DNA of 42,832 bases from an uncultured archaeon (lineage in GTDB: Archaea; Asgardarchaeota; Heimdallarchaeia; Heimdallarchaeales; Heimdallarchaeaceae): assembly GCA_964534625.1 (NCBI GenBank), contig CAZHRF010000028.1, positions 1 through 42,832 of the forward strand, read 5' to 3'. A program made the translations under genes and the position numbers. This document shows positions 9,153 through 18,179 of the stretch, one piece after another. The notes beneath the pieces are model-generated. The model saw only the letters and a list, made by a program, of their open reading frames with translations. It was not told the origin of the DNA and did no database searches. The stretch's first letter is position 1. Every line of letters starts with the position of its first letter.

Positions 9153-10754
9153 TTACATAGTGTCTTCAATAATCTTTTCAAAGTTTATTCTTTTTTCTTC
9201 AATTGTTGAATCTACTTCTATATTAATTGTAAATTGCTCATTTAATGGTTGATAACTGTTCGTTCGCCATTCGATTGTTAAAGTACTATCGTCATTCATA
9301 GGCGCTTTAAGAAATGGAATTATTATCTCACCATTAGCTGTTTCTACAAGATAACCGTCTACATCTTTAATTCTTATTTTGTTATTGTCTTTGTCAAGTA
9401 GCTTCATAGTAATATTTTGTAAAGGATATTTCATTTTATTCTTTAGTTTCATCCTTACTATCCATAGTTCGTCTTTTTTCTCTTTCTTATCTACTTCAAT
9501 GGTAATTTCGGGAGTTGTTTGAATTGATTTTGCTTTCTTTTTCTTTTGTTTTTTTTGTCTCTTCTTTCGAGGTGAATAAACCGATTTTTTCTTTAACTCT
9601 TCGGGATTATTTTTCCAACGAATTATAGTTTTAATCGTGGCATATTTGAAATTATTAATTAATTTCGAAGTAATACCCATGTTTTCTTGATGTTCTCGTA
9701 TCTCATCAACATATACAGATCTCAGTCCTGTTTTTGAGTCTCCCGTTTTTTCGTTCAATTCATCAATAATATCCTCACAATGATCTGTAAGTTTTTCAAA
9801 AATAGGGAAAAAGTCACTAAACTCATCTATATAGTCTTCTCTAGATTCCTCGTTTTTTGTGTCTATTGTACGCAAATCTTCGCATGCGTCTCTAATTTCT
9901 TGAATTTCTTTTTTGCTAAAATTCTTGTTTATCTGTTTTTTAATTATTTCTTGATTTTCTTCTGATACCATTAGTTCGTCTCCTCTTCTTCTAATTATTT
10001 TATTTTTTTTCATCTTTTTATGCTGAAGTATTTGATGTTTTTTTAATAAATTTTTTTTTTCTTCCCACCAATCTAAAAAAGGTAGTTGTTTTATTGTTAA
10101 ATCCTTCTCTTTCAAATCCAATGCGTAATTTAATAAAATTGTTCCTTTAGCTGCTATGGTAGCACCAATAGGCTCTTTGAATATTTGTGATGAAAGGTCT
10201 GTTTGAACAAAAATCTGTTCATCATAAGCTCTTGAGTTTTTAGGAATATCTTTAAGATGTCTTCCGAAGTGTGCGATTTCTTTACCGATATCTTTATATC
10301 TAGATAAAGATCCAATGGTCATCATATATGTTCTGCCAAGCGCTAAGTAAACAAAGTCATACTTTTTTTTCATTAATGATAAAAGATTCTGTTTGATTTT
10401 TAAATTATCAGACATTTTTTGTATTTGTTTTTTTGTTTTTCCAGAAAAAGTACAATCATAGGGGGGTAGTAATGTGTCTTCATGTACTAAACCAAATCCA
10501 GCTGAAATAATATAGTAATCAACTTCATGATTCTCTTTTAGAAGATTGATTGCCTTAGCTATACTGAATGTTTGTGGTCCTGTATAGAGGGAACCGGCAC
10601 GGATAAGTTGTTGTTTAAATTTCTTTTTGATCTCTTTCCTAATTTTTTTTGTGGTTAAATCGTTACAATCTGGCTGGTTGGGACTATGTACTCTTTTTGC
10701 TTTTCCACAAGAGCTTATTATTAGTAAACGTTGATTTGAATTTGACATGAGCAT
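9153..10754 (-). CDS. DUF6884/YaaA-like N-terminal domain joined to uncharacterised helical and beta-sandwich regions (possibly two genes)
   Basis: LLIISSCGKAK...AGSLYTG...YYIISAGFGLV...PPYDCTF...LALGRTY; internal GAGGAG + ATG at 9971; co-oriented directly upstream of dpdA. Confidence 0.7.
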   Translation of the reverse strand: MLMSNSNQRLLIISSCGKAKRVHSPNQPDCNDLTTKKIRKEIKKKFKQQLIRAGSLYTGPQTFSIAKAINLLKENHEVDYYIISAGFGLVHEDTLLPPYDCTFSGKTKKQIQKMSDNLKIKQNLLSLMKKKYDFVYLALGRTYMMTIGSLSRYKDIGKEIAHFGRHLKDIPKNSRAYDEQIFVQTDLSSQIFKEPIGATIAAKGTILLNYALDLKEKDLTIKQLPFLDWWEEKKNLLKKHQILQHKKMKKNKIIRRRGDELMVSEENQEIIKKQINKNFSKKEIQEIRDACEDLRTIDTKNEESREDYIDEFSDFFPIFEKLTDHCEDIIDELNEKTGDSKTGLRSVYVDEIREHQENMGITSKLINNFKYATIKTIIRWKNNPEELKKKSVYSPRKKRQKKQKKKKAKSIQTTPEITIEVDKKEKKDELWIVRMKLKNKMKYPLQNITMKLLDKDNNKIRIKDVDGYLVETANGEIIIPFLKAPMNDDSTLTIEWRTNSYQPLNEQFTINIEVDSTIEEKRINFEKIIEDTM

Positions 10755-10889
10755 ATTCCCTTACACACAAATGTACACTGTATAATTTTCAGTTTATAAA
10801 TATCTAAAGAAATTGATATATAAAGTAATTGGCTAAGTAAGTAAAGCAATGTATATAAGTTTGTAAAGTGTTTTTCACCTTTCGTTTTT

Positions 10890-11180
10890 ATAGATTCCTT
10901 TTCTTTTTCTAAATTCAAAACTTCTGCCTAAAACATTATTTGATCTTTTTTTAGCTTGAGGTACATGTATCATAGCATTTGTTTTGTCCACAAAGACGAA
11001 CACGACATTTAGCATAGCTACTCAATAAAATCCGCGTGAATGACACTCCTCACAATTTTTGTCATCAAGCGCCACAATTTAGTCTCATTTAACCCATCTT
11101 TCAGCATTTCTTTGCCTTAAATCGTCATTATATATTAATTTGATTGAATAAGCTGGAAAAGTGTCACATTGCAAGCTACA
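10890..11180 (-). pseudogene. Decayed DUF3795-like Cys-rich protein gene
   Basis: Manual translation: CSLQCDTFPAY..NDDLRQRNAERWVK*D*IVALDDKNCEECHSRG / frameshift / LLSSYAKCRVRLCGQNKCYDTC; fits the CGLxCxxCPAY..NCxGCxS..CxIRxC pattern, with in-frame stops. Confidence 0.6.
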
Positions 11181-11267
11181 GAAAAAAAAAGTCGTTAAAA
11201 TATATAAATATGTGAACATCTCAATTTTAGAACCTAATAAAAAAATAGTAAGAGAGAAAGATGTGTT

Positions 11268-12344
11268 TTAATCTTTCAATCTTGGATCTAAAGCATCTCG
11301 GAGTCCATCTCCAAGAAGATTGAAGCCCAATACTGTGAAGAATATCATCAAAGCTGGAAACATTGGCATCCATGGATATTCCAAAAGATCATCTTGCCAA
11401 CGATTTAGGTCATCTCCCCAACTGACAGCGTTAGGATCTCCAAAACCGAAGTAAGCCAATGCTGCAAATGTAAAGATAGTTCCTGCTATACCCAAGGTTA
11501 CGATGATAATTAGCGGCGCTAATGAATTTGGTAGTATGTGTCTGAAGATAATTCTCATATCTCCTGCTCCTAAAGCTTTTTCAGCTTCAACGAAATCTTG
11601 TTCTTTCAATGAGAAGAAGTTCGACCGAACTATTAGAGCAATACCTCCCCACGAGATAAGCGAGAAGAATAAGACCACAACTGCATATCTACCACCGGGT
11701 ATGTTTACATCTTCGAATAATACAATTACCATTACCAGTAAAATGAAACCTGGCATAGAGTAAAGAAGTTCCACTAATCTTTGGATGATATCGTCTATTA
11801 TGCCCCCATAATAACCACTAATTGAACCTAAAAATGTTCCAATGATTAAAGTGATCATTTGTCCAATGAAACCTAATGCAAGAGAGATAGTGGCGCCAAA
11901 AAAAACTCTGGAAAACATATCTTGTCCAAGTTTATCAGTTCCAAAAGGATGATTTATTGATGGTGGTTGTGTTTTTACCTCGGTAAATTTATATTTTGGA
12001 TGTCGAAATAATATTACTACTTGGTCTTGTCTCATTCCGGGCACCCAAAATTCGACGTATAGGTTATTTTGGTTTAAAGGATTGGGGTTATATGGATCTC
12101 CATCTAACCATCCTCTTTGAAATACCCATTCATCGTATGTAATCAAGAACCACGATACAAATGCCATCAATATGAGGAATAATACGATATATAATCCTAT
12201 CATTGCCATCTTGTCTTTTTTTAATCTTCTCCAAACAATTGACCACTGACCGGCACCTTTCATTGATTCTATTTCACGAATGGTTTGTTCATCCAACACT
12301 AAGTCATCCATTTCTTCTTGATGTTTTTGTTCTGCTGTTGCCAT
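11268..12344 (-). CDS. oppC: Oligopeptide ABC transporter permease OppC
   Basis: WRRLKKDKMAMIG, HPFGTDKLGQDMFSR, EAA loop FVEAEKALGA, HILPN, FNLLGDGLRDALDPR. Confidence 0.95.
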   Translation of the reverse strand: MATAEQKHQEEMDDLVLDEQTIREIESMKGAGQWSIVWRRLKKDKMAMIGLYIVLFLILMAFVSWFLITYDEWVFQRGWLDGDPYNPNPLNQNNLYVEFWVPGMRQDQVVILFRHPKYKFTEVKTQPPSINHPFGTDKLGQDMFSRVFFGATISLALGFIGQMITLIIGTFLGSISGYYGGIIDDIIQRLVELLYSMPGFILLVMVIVLFEDVNIPGGRYAVVVLFFSLISWGGIALIVRSNFFSLKEQDFVEAEKALGAGDMRIIFRHILPNSLAPLIIIVTLGIAGTIFTFAALAYFGFGDPNAVSWGDDLNRWQDDLLEYPWMPMFPALMIFFTVLGFNLLGDGLRDALDPRLKD

Positions 12345-12354
12345 GATATAACAC

Positions 12355-13362
12355 CTAATATTTTATTCTTGGATCTATGAATGCGTAACTAATATCTGTC
12401 ATCAATCTTGCTATTAAGAACAAGAATGGAAAGATAGTATTGGTTGCCATCATCATAGGAAAGTCACGCATAAGTGCAGATTCTAGGAATATTGTTCCCA
12501 ATCCTGGCCATCCAAAGACAGCCTCAATCATAACAGAACCACTTAACAAACCAGGTAATGAATTACCAATAATTGTTACAATAGGTAAGAGTCCATTTCT
12601 AAATGCATGTTTGTAAATAACTGCTCTGTTATCTAAGCCTTTTGCTTTAGCTGTACGTACGTAATCTTGGCGAAGTATTTCTAATAGTTGTGAACGTACT
12701 AATCTTGCCATAAATACTAGACTACCTAAAGTCAAAGAAAGAGCTGGTAAGATCAAGAATATATAGAAATCTGGATTGAGTAATAGTGGTGTCCTAAATG
12801 CAGACTTATTTGCAACTCCTGTAAAGTTGAATAGATAGAAAGATACAAGCATTATTAACTTTGCTAGCCAAAATAAAGGCATAGAATAACCTAAAAGCAT
12901 AGCAAAGGTCAGGGTTCTATCCCAAAATGTGTTTTGACGGGTTGCAGATACAACACCGATTGCTGTTGATAATAGTAATGATGCAATGAAGGATAGAATG
13001 TTTAGTATAATAGTATACCACATATGTTGCTTTATAATTTCAGCTATTGGTTTACCTTCACCCGCTTGAGTAATGGTCCAACTTTTACCCAAATCAAAGT
13101 TGAGAACATTATTTAGGAACTCAACATATCTTTGGAACCATGGAACCGTATATCTGTCTCTATCTAAAAGTCCCATCTCAATGGCTTCTTTATTATAAGC
13201 TGCTGTCCCACATTCTGGGGTCTCACATTTAATCAACCCAACACGCACTAGTACTGGATCACCAGGAGCAATATTAATCAATGTAAAATTCATCAAAGTG
13301 ATGCCTATCATAATGGGCACGATATAAATTGTTCGCTTTAATATATAGCCTTTTAATGACAT
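12355..13362 (-). CDS. oppB: Oligopeptide ABC transporter permease OppB
   Basis: YILKR, PGDPV, DLGKS, DYVRTAKAKGL, HAFRN, VFGWPGLG, DPRIKY. Confidence 0.95.
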   Translation of the reverse strand: MSLKGYILKRTIYIVPIMIGITLMNFTLINIAPGDPVLVRVGLIKCETPECGTAAYNKEAIEMGLLDRDRYTVPWFQRYVEFLNNVLNFDLGKSWTITQAGEGKPIAEIIKQHMWYTIILNILSFIASLLLSTAIGVVSATRQNTFWDRTLTFAMLLGYSMPLFWLAKLIMLVSFYLFNFTGVANKSAFRTPLLLNPDFYIFLILPALSLTLGSLVFMARLVRSQLLEILRQDYVRTAKAKGLDNRAVIYKHAFRNGLLPIVTIIGNSLPGLLSGSVMIEAVFGWPGLGTIFLESALMRDFPMMMATNTIFPFLFLIARLMTDISYAFIDPRIKY

Positions 13363-13453
13363 ACTTTTTATGTCTCCTTTTAAGTTCTATAACTTCACAC
13401 TCGTAATAATACGAACATGAAGCAATCATACTTATAGAAGAAGAAAATTCACG

Positions 13454-13484
13454 CATTTATAAGAGTTACTTTTGACCGTCAAAA
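13454..13484 (-). promoter_or_regulatory. TATA-like box with adjacent 7-1-7 palindrome upstream of oppB
   Basis: ttttgac-c-gtcaaaa at 13470-13484 next to minus-strand cttataaatg (13454-13463). Confidence 0.4.
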
Positions 13485-13617
13485 AATAATATTTAACCTC
13501 ACTTATATTTTAATTTATAGTGGTCATTATCTAGTTTTAAATTCTTGTTGTTTAATATGTGTAATAGTATCGCAGAACAGTGTTGTACTGCACACAAAGA
13601 CCTATATGGCAAATACT

Positions 13618-14325
13618 TCACATAGTTAAAGTTGTATTTTCAACTTTTTCAACCCTTCCGTCTTTCATGTATATAATTTTTTCAGCTCGTTTAGCTGCCA
13701 TTAGATCATGTGTAACCATTAATATGGTGAGATTCTTTTCTCTATTAAGTTTTACAAGTAAATCTAATACTTTACTTCCTGTTTTTGTATCTAAATTTCC
13801 GGTTGGTTCATCCGCTAATAATACTGAAGGATTACTAATTAGCGCACGCATTATAGCTACTCGTTGTCTCTCTCCAGAACTTAATTCTTCCGGGAATTTA
13901 TCTTTAAGATATTCAAGATTGAATTCTTTAATTAAAAGAGCAGATCTGAGGTTACGTTCTTCTTTTTCCACATTGTCAAAAATGAGTGGCAGTTCGATAT
14001 TTTCTACTGCTGTTAAACCATCCACTAAATTAAAAAATTGAAATATAAAACCAATCTTTCTTCTTCGTAGTATGGCAAGTTGTTTTGAATTAAATGTAGT
14101 TACATTTGTGTCATCTATTATTACGTCTCCATTTGTTGGTCTTTCTAGAGTTCCAATTAAATTCAATAATGTAGTCTTTCCTGAACCTGAAGGTCCAACA
14201 ACGGAAACAAATTCTCCTTCTTGCAATTTTAGATCTACACCATTAACAGCTTTAACGACATTTGTTCCTACAGTAAAATATTTTTCAACATTTTTACATC
14301 TAACTACTGTACTCATTTCATACAT
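13618..14325 (-). CDS. ABC ATPase, LolD/MacB/FtsE family
   Basis: GPSGSGKTT, IGFIFQFFNL, LSSGERQRVA, ADEPTGNLD, VTHD. Confidence 0.92.
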   Translation of the reverse strand: MYEMSTVVRCKNVEKYFTVGTNVVKAVNGVDLKLQEGEFVSVVGPSGSGKTTLLNLIGTLERPTNGDVIIDDTNVTTFNSKQLAILRRRKIGFIFQFFNLVDGLTAVENIELPLIFDNVEKEERNLRSALLIKEFNLEYLKDKFPEELSSGERQRVAIMRALISNPSVLLADEPTGNLDTKTGSKVLDLLVKLNREKNLTILMVTHDLMAAKRAEKIIYMKDGRVEKVENTTLTM

Positions 14326-14389
14326 TATTCAGTTTAGATACTAATAAGTTTGTCTCATGTTCATGTTGTTTTCTCGCAAAGGAGGAAAT

Positions 14390-15859
14390 TCAAATTAGTT
14401 CTATCTGTCCCTGTAATCCCTTATAAACACCAGTATTATTGATATCCTTTCCTTCCTGCTCTCCCTTAATTTGAAATATAATAAGCGGTATGTATATGAG
14501 ATGGATTGTTGATTTTTGAATCCGTACTTTCGAGTTTATTTTAAATTCTGTTGTTTCTCCTAGTTCAATTATTTTCTCTATGTTTTTAATGATTTTAGTA
14601 CCGAATAATGATTTGATTTTTGAATTTGCTGAATCAACATCTTCACATTTCAAGATTTCTTTCCATTTTTCTAATAGTTGTTGTTTCTCCTTTAAGAGTT
14701 CAACCTTTGTTTTTAGTCCTTTTTTGAGCTTCTGAAATTCTTTAACATCCTCAGCTAATTTTCTTTTTTTTTCAGTTGTAATGCCTTTACCTTTTTTTTC
14801 ATGGTCTTTTAATTCACTAGTTTTTTTATCAACTATATCTTGGAATATTTGTAAATCCGTATACTTCTTTTGAATAAGTTTTTTTTCTTGTAATATTTCT
14901 GATTCAACTAGTTTTACACTCTTTGAAATAATATCATGTGCATTTAGATATTCAGATTGATCTTCCCATATGAATTCTTCATCTTGTATCCTAGAAATGA
15001 TTAACTCAAGATGATTAATGTAACTCTCATCGTCTTCAAATTTGTGTTGAAATTTTTTCTTAATATTATTCATGGCTTTCTTTATTTTAGTTAATTTAAT
15101 TGAGTCTAGAGGTATATCTGCAATTTTCTCTCTTTTTAATTGGGGTATTTTTTCTTGTTTAAATATTTCCACAAGCTTAAGTTGTTGTTGATTTATTAAT
15201 TGATCCCATTTTTCCGTTTGGTCTTTTTTTATATGTTTAATGGGAGAGTAAGAACCAACCTCTCTCAAAATTGGATATTCGTGTTTTCGTTGGATATAAA
15301 GAGGAAGAGAAATATTATCTATTTTAATGAATGATTCACTTTTGCATTCTCCATCAACTTGCATAAAAATATAGGGGTAATAAAACCTTTTTACTTCATC
15401 AACAATTAAGTTTTCTGCTCCAATGATTTTTTCTCGCACCATCTGCTCGATGTTTTCTAAATGTGGAATTTCTATTTGATAGAACAATTCGTTAATTTCA
15501 TTTTTAGTTTCAGGGTATGTTTTTTCAAGTTCTTTCTTTATTTCTTTTATATTCTCTTTTTGTTTTAGTCTGGGGCTTGATAGTGATTCTTCTCCTATAC
15601 TGTCAATTTTATCGGATATTTGGGACTTGTCATTTTTTATTATTGCTAAACTGTCCTCTTTATCTATTTCAATTGAACTTGAATTCTCTTGAATATTTTC
15701 AGCTTGTCCTTTTGTTTGTTTGGTTGAGTCTGAATGAAATTGTTGATTACTTATTTTCTTTTGTTTCTCTTTAGATCCATGGACAATTTGTTCAATCTGA
15801 TCAATGATACTAATAAAATCCTCAAATGTCACTGTCTTTTTAGACTTTGGATCACTCAT
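14390..15859 (-). CDS. Hypothetical protein with long coiled coil
   Basis: 489 aa ORF, K/E-rich; FYYPY and LIYIP motifs flank the coiled-coil region. Confidence 0.65.
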   Translation of the reverse strand: MSDPKSKKTVTFEDFISIIDQIEQIVHGSKEKQKKISNQQFHSDSTKQTKGQAENIQENSSSIEIDKEDSLAIIKNDKSQISDKIDSIGEESLSSPRLKQKENIKEIKKELEKTYPETKNEINELFYQIEIPHLENIEQMVREKIIGAENLIVDEVKRFYYPYIFMQVDGECKSESFIKIDNISLPLYIQRKHEYPILREVGSYSPIKHIKKDQTEKWDQLINQQQLKLVEIFKQEKIPQLKREKIADIPLDSIKLTKIKKAMNNIKKKFQHKFEDDESYINHLELIISRIQDEEFIWEDQSEYLNAHDIISKSVKLVESEILQEKKLIQKKYTDLQIFQDIVDKKTSELKDHEKKGKGITTEKKRKLAEDVKEFQKLKKGLKTKVELLKEKQQLLEKWKEILKCEDVDSANSKIKSLFGTKIIKNIEKIIELGETTEFKINSKVRIQKSTIHLIYIPLIIFQIKGEQEGKDINNTGVYKGLQGQIELI

Positions 15860-16063
15860 TTTCTTTCCATGTTTGATATAATCATACTAGTAAATAAATA
15901 CTCTTAATATTTTGATTTCAGAAGTTACCTTTTTGGATATTGGGATATAATCTCAAAACAGCCCAAAATAATCAAGACACTTTAATAAATGTACACTTCT
16001 ATCTAGCCACATATTATCTGTGTATTGCTAGTTTATATAAATTAAATAATTCTCTTTAATCTG

Positions 16064-17389
16064 ATGAATTCACCTTCTGTTAAGATATGTACTGTTTGTG
16101 AAAACATTGTTAGAAAGGAACTAGAAGTCCATTTCTGCCCTGTATGTGGTGCTGAGCTAGTTGAAGGAAAAATGAAGGACTCAGACCCCCATATTAATGT
16201 GTATGAGTCACAAAAGAAATTTAACAACATTTTAACAGAAGATGGTAATGAAACTCATTTTAATTATGAACTAGATAGAAAAACAATCGATAGTCTACCT
16301 TGGCAGATGAATGAGAATCAATCAGAAAATAAGGTGAAGAAGCATGAAACTGACTATTTAAGGAGACCAACAAGCATTAATAGACTTAATGGATCTTTTG
16401 CTTGGTATTCCTATATATTTGTTGTTTTGTGCAATTTAGGTGCAGTGATCTCTCTTTTCTTTATTGTAGGCGGGATGGGTTCTTATATATTATATAAAAC
16501 CAATCTAAGACTTGGTTATTGGATCTTATCACTTGGGGGTTTGTTAATAGGTGCAATCTTTGATTTTTTAAATGAAAATTTTGCTATAAATATGATTGGC
16601 CGGGGATCTGACATAAAAGTTAAGCAAAAGCAAGTTCAAAACATTAAAAAGCGCTTTTTAATATATCTTATCATATATATAATGCAAATTGGCGCTTGTT
16701 TTATCATTATTATATTTATTAAACTGTTTTACGATACCGTTTTATATAACACATCAAAAATGATTGAAGTAATCCTTAATCTTGGTTCATTTGCATTATT
16801 CTTCACTTTTCTCTCTCCAAGTTTTAAAATAGCCAAAGTATTTTCTAATACACGAGATGAGAGTATCTACCAAAATTTGTTTGATTCGTTTCAATTTCAA
16901 AAAATTAGTACAAAAAAAACCAGTAATCTAATCATTTACTGTGCCATTCTCCCCTTATTGTTATTCCTTGGTGGAATTTTTCCAATAACCCAAACATATA
17001 TGTTTCTATTAGATTCCCAAAGAATTTTCCTTTTAGATACATTAATTTACTTATTGATCACGATTCTTTTGATAATTTTTCTAATAGGATTTAAAGTGTA
17101 TATGAACACTAAAATTGTCTCAAATATTATTCTCTATGAATATGATTTGGAAAAAAGCTTTCAATCTCCTTTGATTACTTGGATTAGAAAAAGGGATAAT
17201 GAAGATTCTGTTTTGGAAAATAACCAATCTAATGAAGAAGGTCATTTTTGTAATCAAAAAATGGACCCAATTCATACTAAAGAGAATGTATATGGTGAAA
17301 TTGATGAACGATGCCCACACTGTTCGGCCTCTTTAATTGGTAAGGGACAACAATTTTGTGTAAATTGTGGAGCACAGCTTAAGCTATAA
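16064..17389 (+). CDS. Multi-pass membrane protein with N- and C-terminal double zinc ribbons
   Basis: CTVC...CPVCG at the N-terminus, CPHC...CVNCG at the C-terminus, ~6-7 hydrophobic segments between. Confidence 0.75.
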   Translation: MNSPSVKICTVCENIVRKELEVHFCPVCGAELVEGKMKDSDPHINVYESQKKFNNILTEDGNETHFNYELDRKTIDSLPWQMNENQSENKVKKHETDYLRRPTSINRLNGSFAWYSYIFVVLCNLGAVISLFFIVGGMGSYILYKTNLRLGYWILSLGGLLIGAIFDFLNENFAINMIGRGSDIKVKQKQVQNIKKRFLIYLIIYIMQIGACFIIIIFIKLFYDTVLYNTSKMIEVILNLGSFALFFTFLSPSFKIAKVFSNTRDESIYQNLFDSFQFQKISTKKTSNLIIYCAILPLLLFLGGIFPITQTYMFLLDSQRIFLLDTLIYLLITILLIIFLIGFKVYMNTKIVSNIILYEYDLEKSFQSPLITWIRKRDNEDSVLENNQSNEEGHFCNQKMDPIHTKENVYGEIDERCPHCSASLIGKGQQFCVNCGAQLKL

Positions 17390-17429
17390 AAATAAAAATA
17401 GGAAAAAGTTATGTAAAATAGCCAAAAAA

Positions 17430-18164
17430 TTATTGGATTTTTTTAATTACTCTTTTTAAAATATCTTGCATGGCATTGACTTTTTCTTCCAGTTTATTGA
17501 CTTGTTCTTTGAGTTTATCAAAATCTTGTTGAGAGATACCCTTGGCTGAACTACTACTGGGAATAGACATTGCTTTTCTAATGTCTATGATCTCTTTCGG
17601 TAAATCAAAGTCAGAACTTATTTCCGCGTTATTTGCTTTGAGCAATCTGTGTGCCAAGAGATCAAATGTTTCTTTTACATTTTGTCCTGTTAAAGCAGAT
17701 GTTTCACAATAGAAAAAATGAAATCCTGTTTCGGTTCCTAGACGGTGACAAAACTCAATAGCCATCTCCTTGGATACTTTCCTTGTCTCGACCAAATCCG
17801 CTTTATTTCCAATAACCATATACGTAAGAATAGCATCTTGGGAACCTTTTCTTGCCTCATCAAACCAGGTTCGGAGATTTGTCATAGTTTTTGGATCTTG
17901 AAGATCAAAAACCAATAAAGCTCCAATTGCACCCTTGTAAAATGTACCTCTTACAGCTGAATAAGAATCTTGACCTGCTAAATCCCAAACTTGAAATGTA
18001 ATATCATTGTCGCCCTTCTTTGTTTTATGAGAAGCAAAATCAGCTCCAATAGTTTTTAAATAATTACCTGTAAATCCTTTTCCCATATATCTTTCTCTTA
18101 TAGATGTTTTCCCCACAGCACCATCGCCTGCAAGAACAACTTTAAAATTAAATTGTTGTCCCAT
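17430..18164 (-). CDS. Rab-like small GTPase with C-terminal coiled coil
   Basis: G1 GDGAVGKTS, G2 KTIG, G3 WDLAGQ, G4 NKAD, G5 ETSAL; tail QQDFDKLKEQVNKLEEKVNAMQDIL. Confidence 0.93.
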   Translation of the reverse strand: MGQQFNFKVVLAGDGAVGKTSIRERYMGKGFTGNYLKTIGADFASHKTKKGDNDITFQVWDLAGQDSYSAVRGTFYKGAIGALLVFDLQDPKTMTNLRTWFDEARKGSQDAILTYMVIGNKADLVETRKVSKEMAIEFCHRLGTETGFHFFYCETSALTGQNVKETFDLLAHRLLKANNAEISSDFDLPKEIIDIRKAMSIPSSSSAKGISQQDFDKLKEQVNKLEEKVNAMQDILKRVIKKIQ

Positions 18165-18179
18165 TATTAATCACTCACT

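Larger units (their letters stand above)
6572..11267. mobile_element. Putative inserted accessory island (dpdA module) splitting the opp operon
   Basis: Lies between oppC and oppD, which are co-oriented and normally adjacent; carries modification-type genes and a pseudogene; no integrase or att repeats seen. Confidence 0.5.

Noticed and set aside
10721-10918. 65 aa ORF in the island
   Set aside because: Its start overlaps the probable tail of the pseudogene and the rest runs through promoter-like AT-rich DNA
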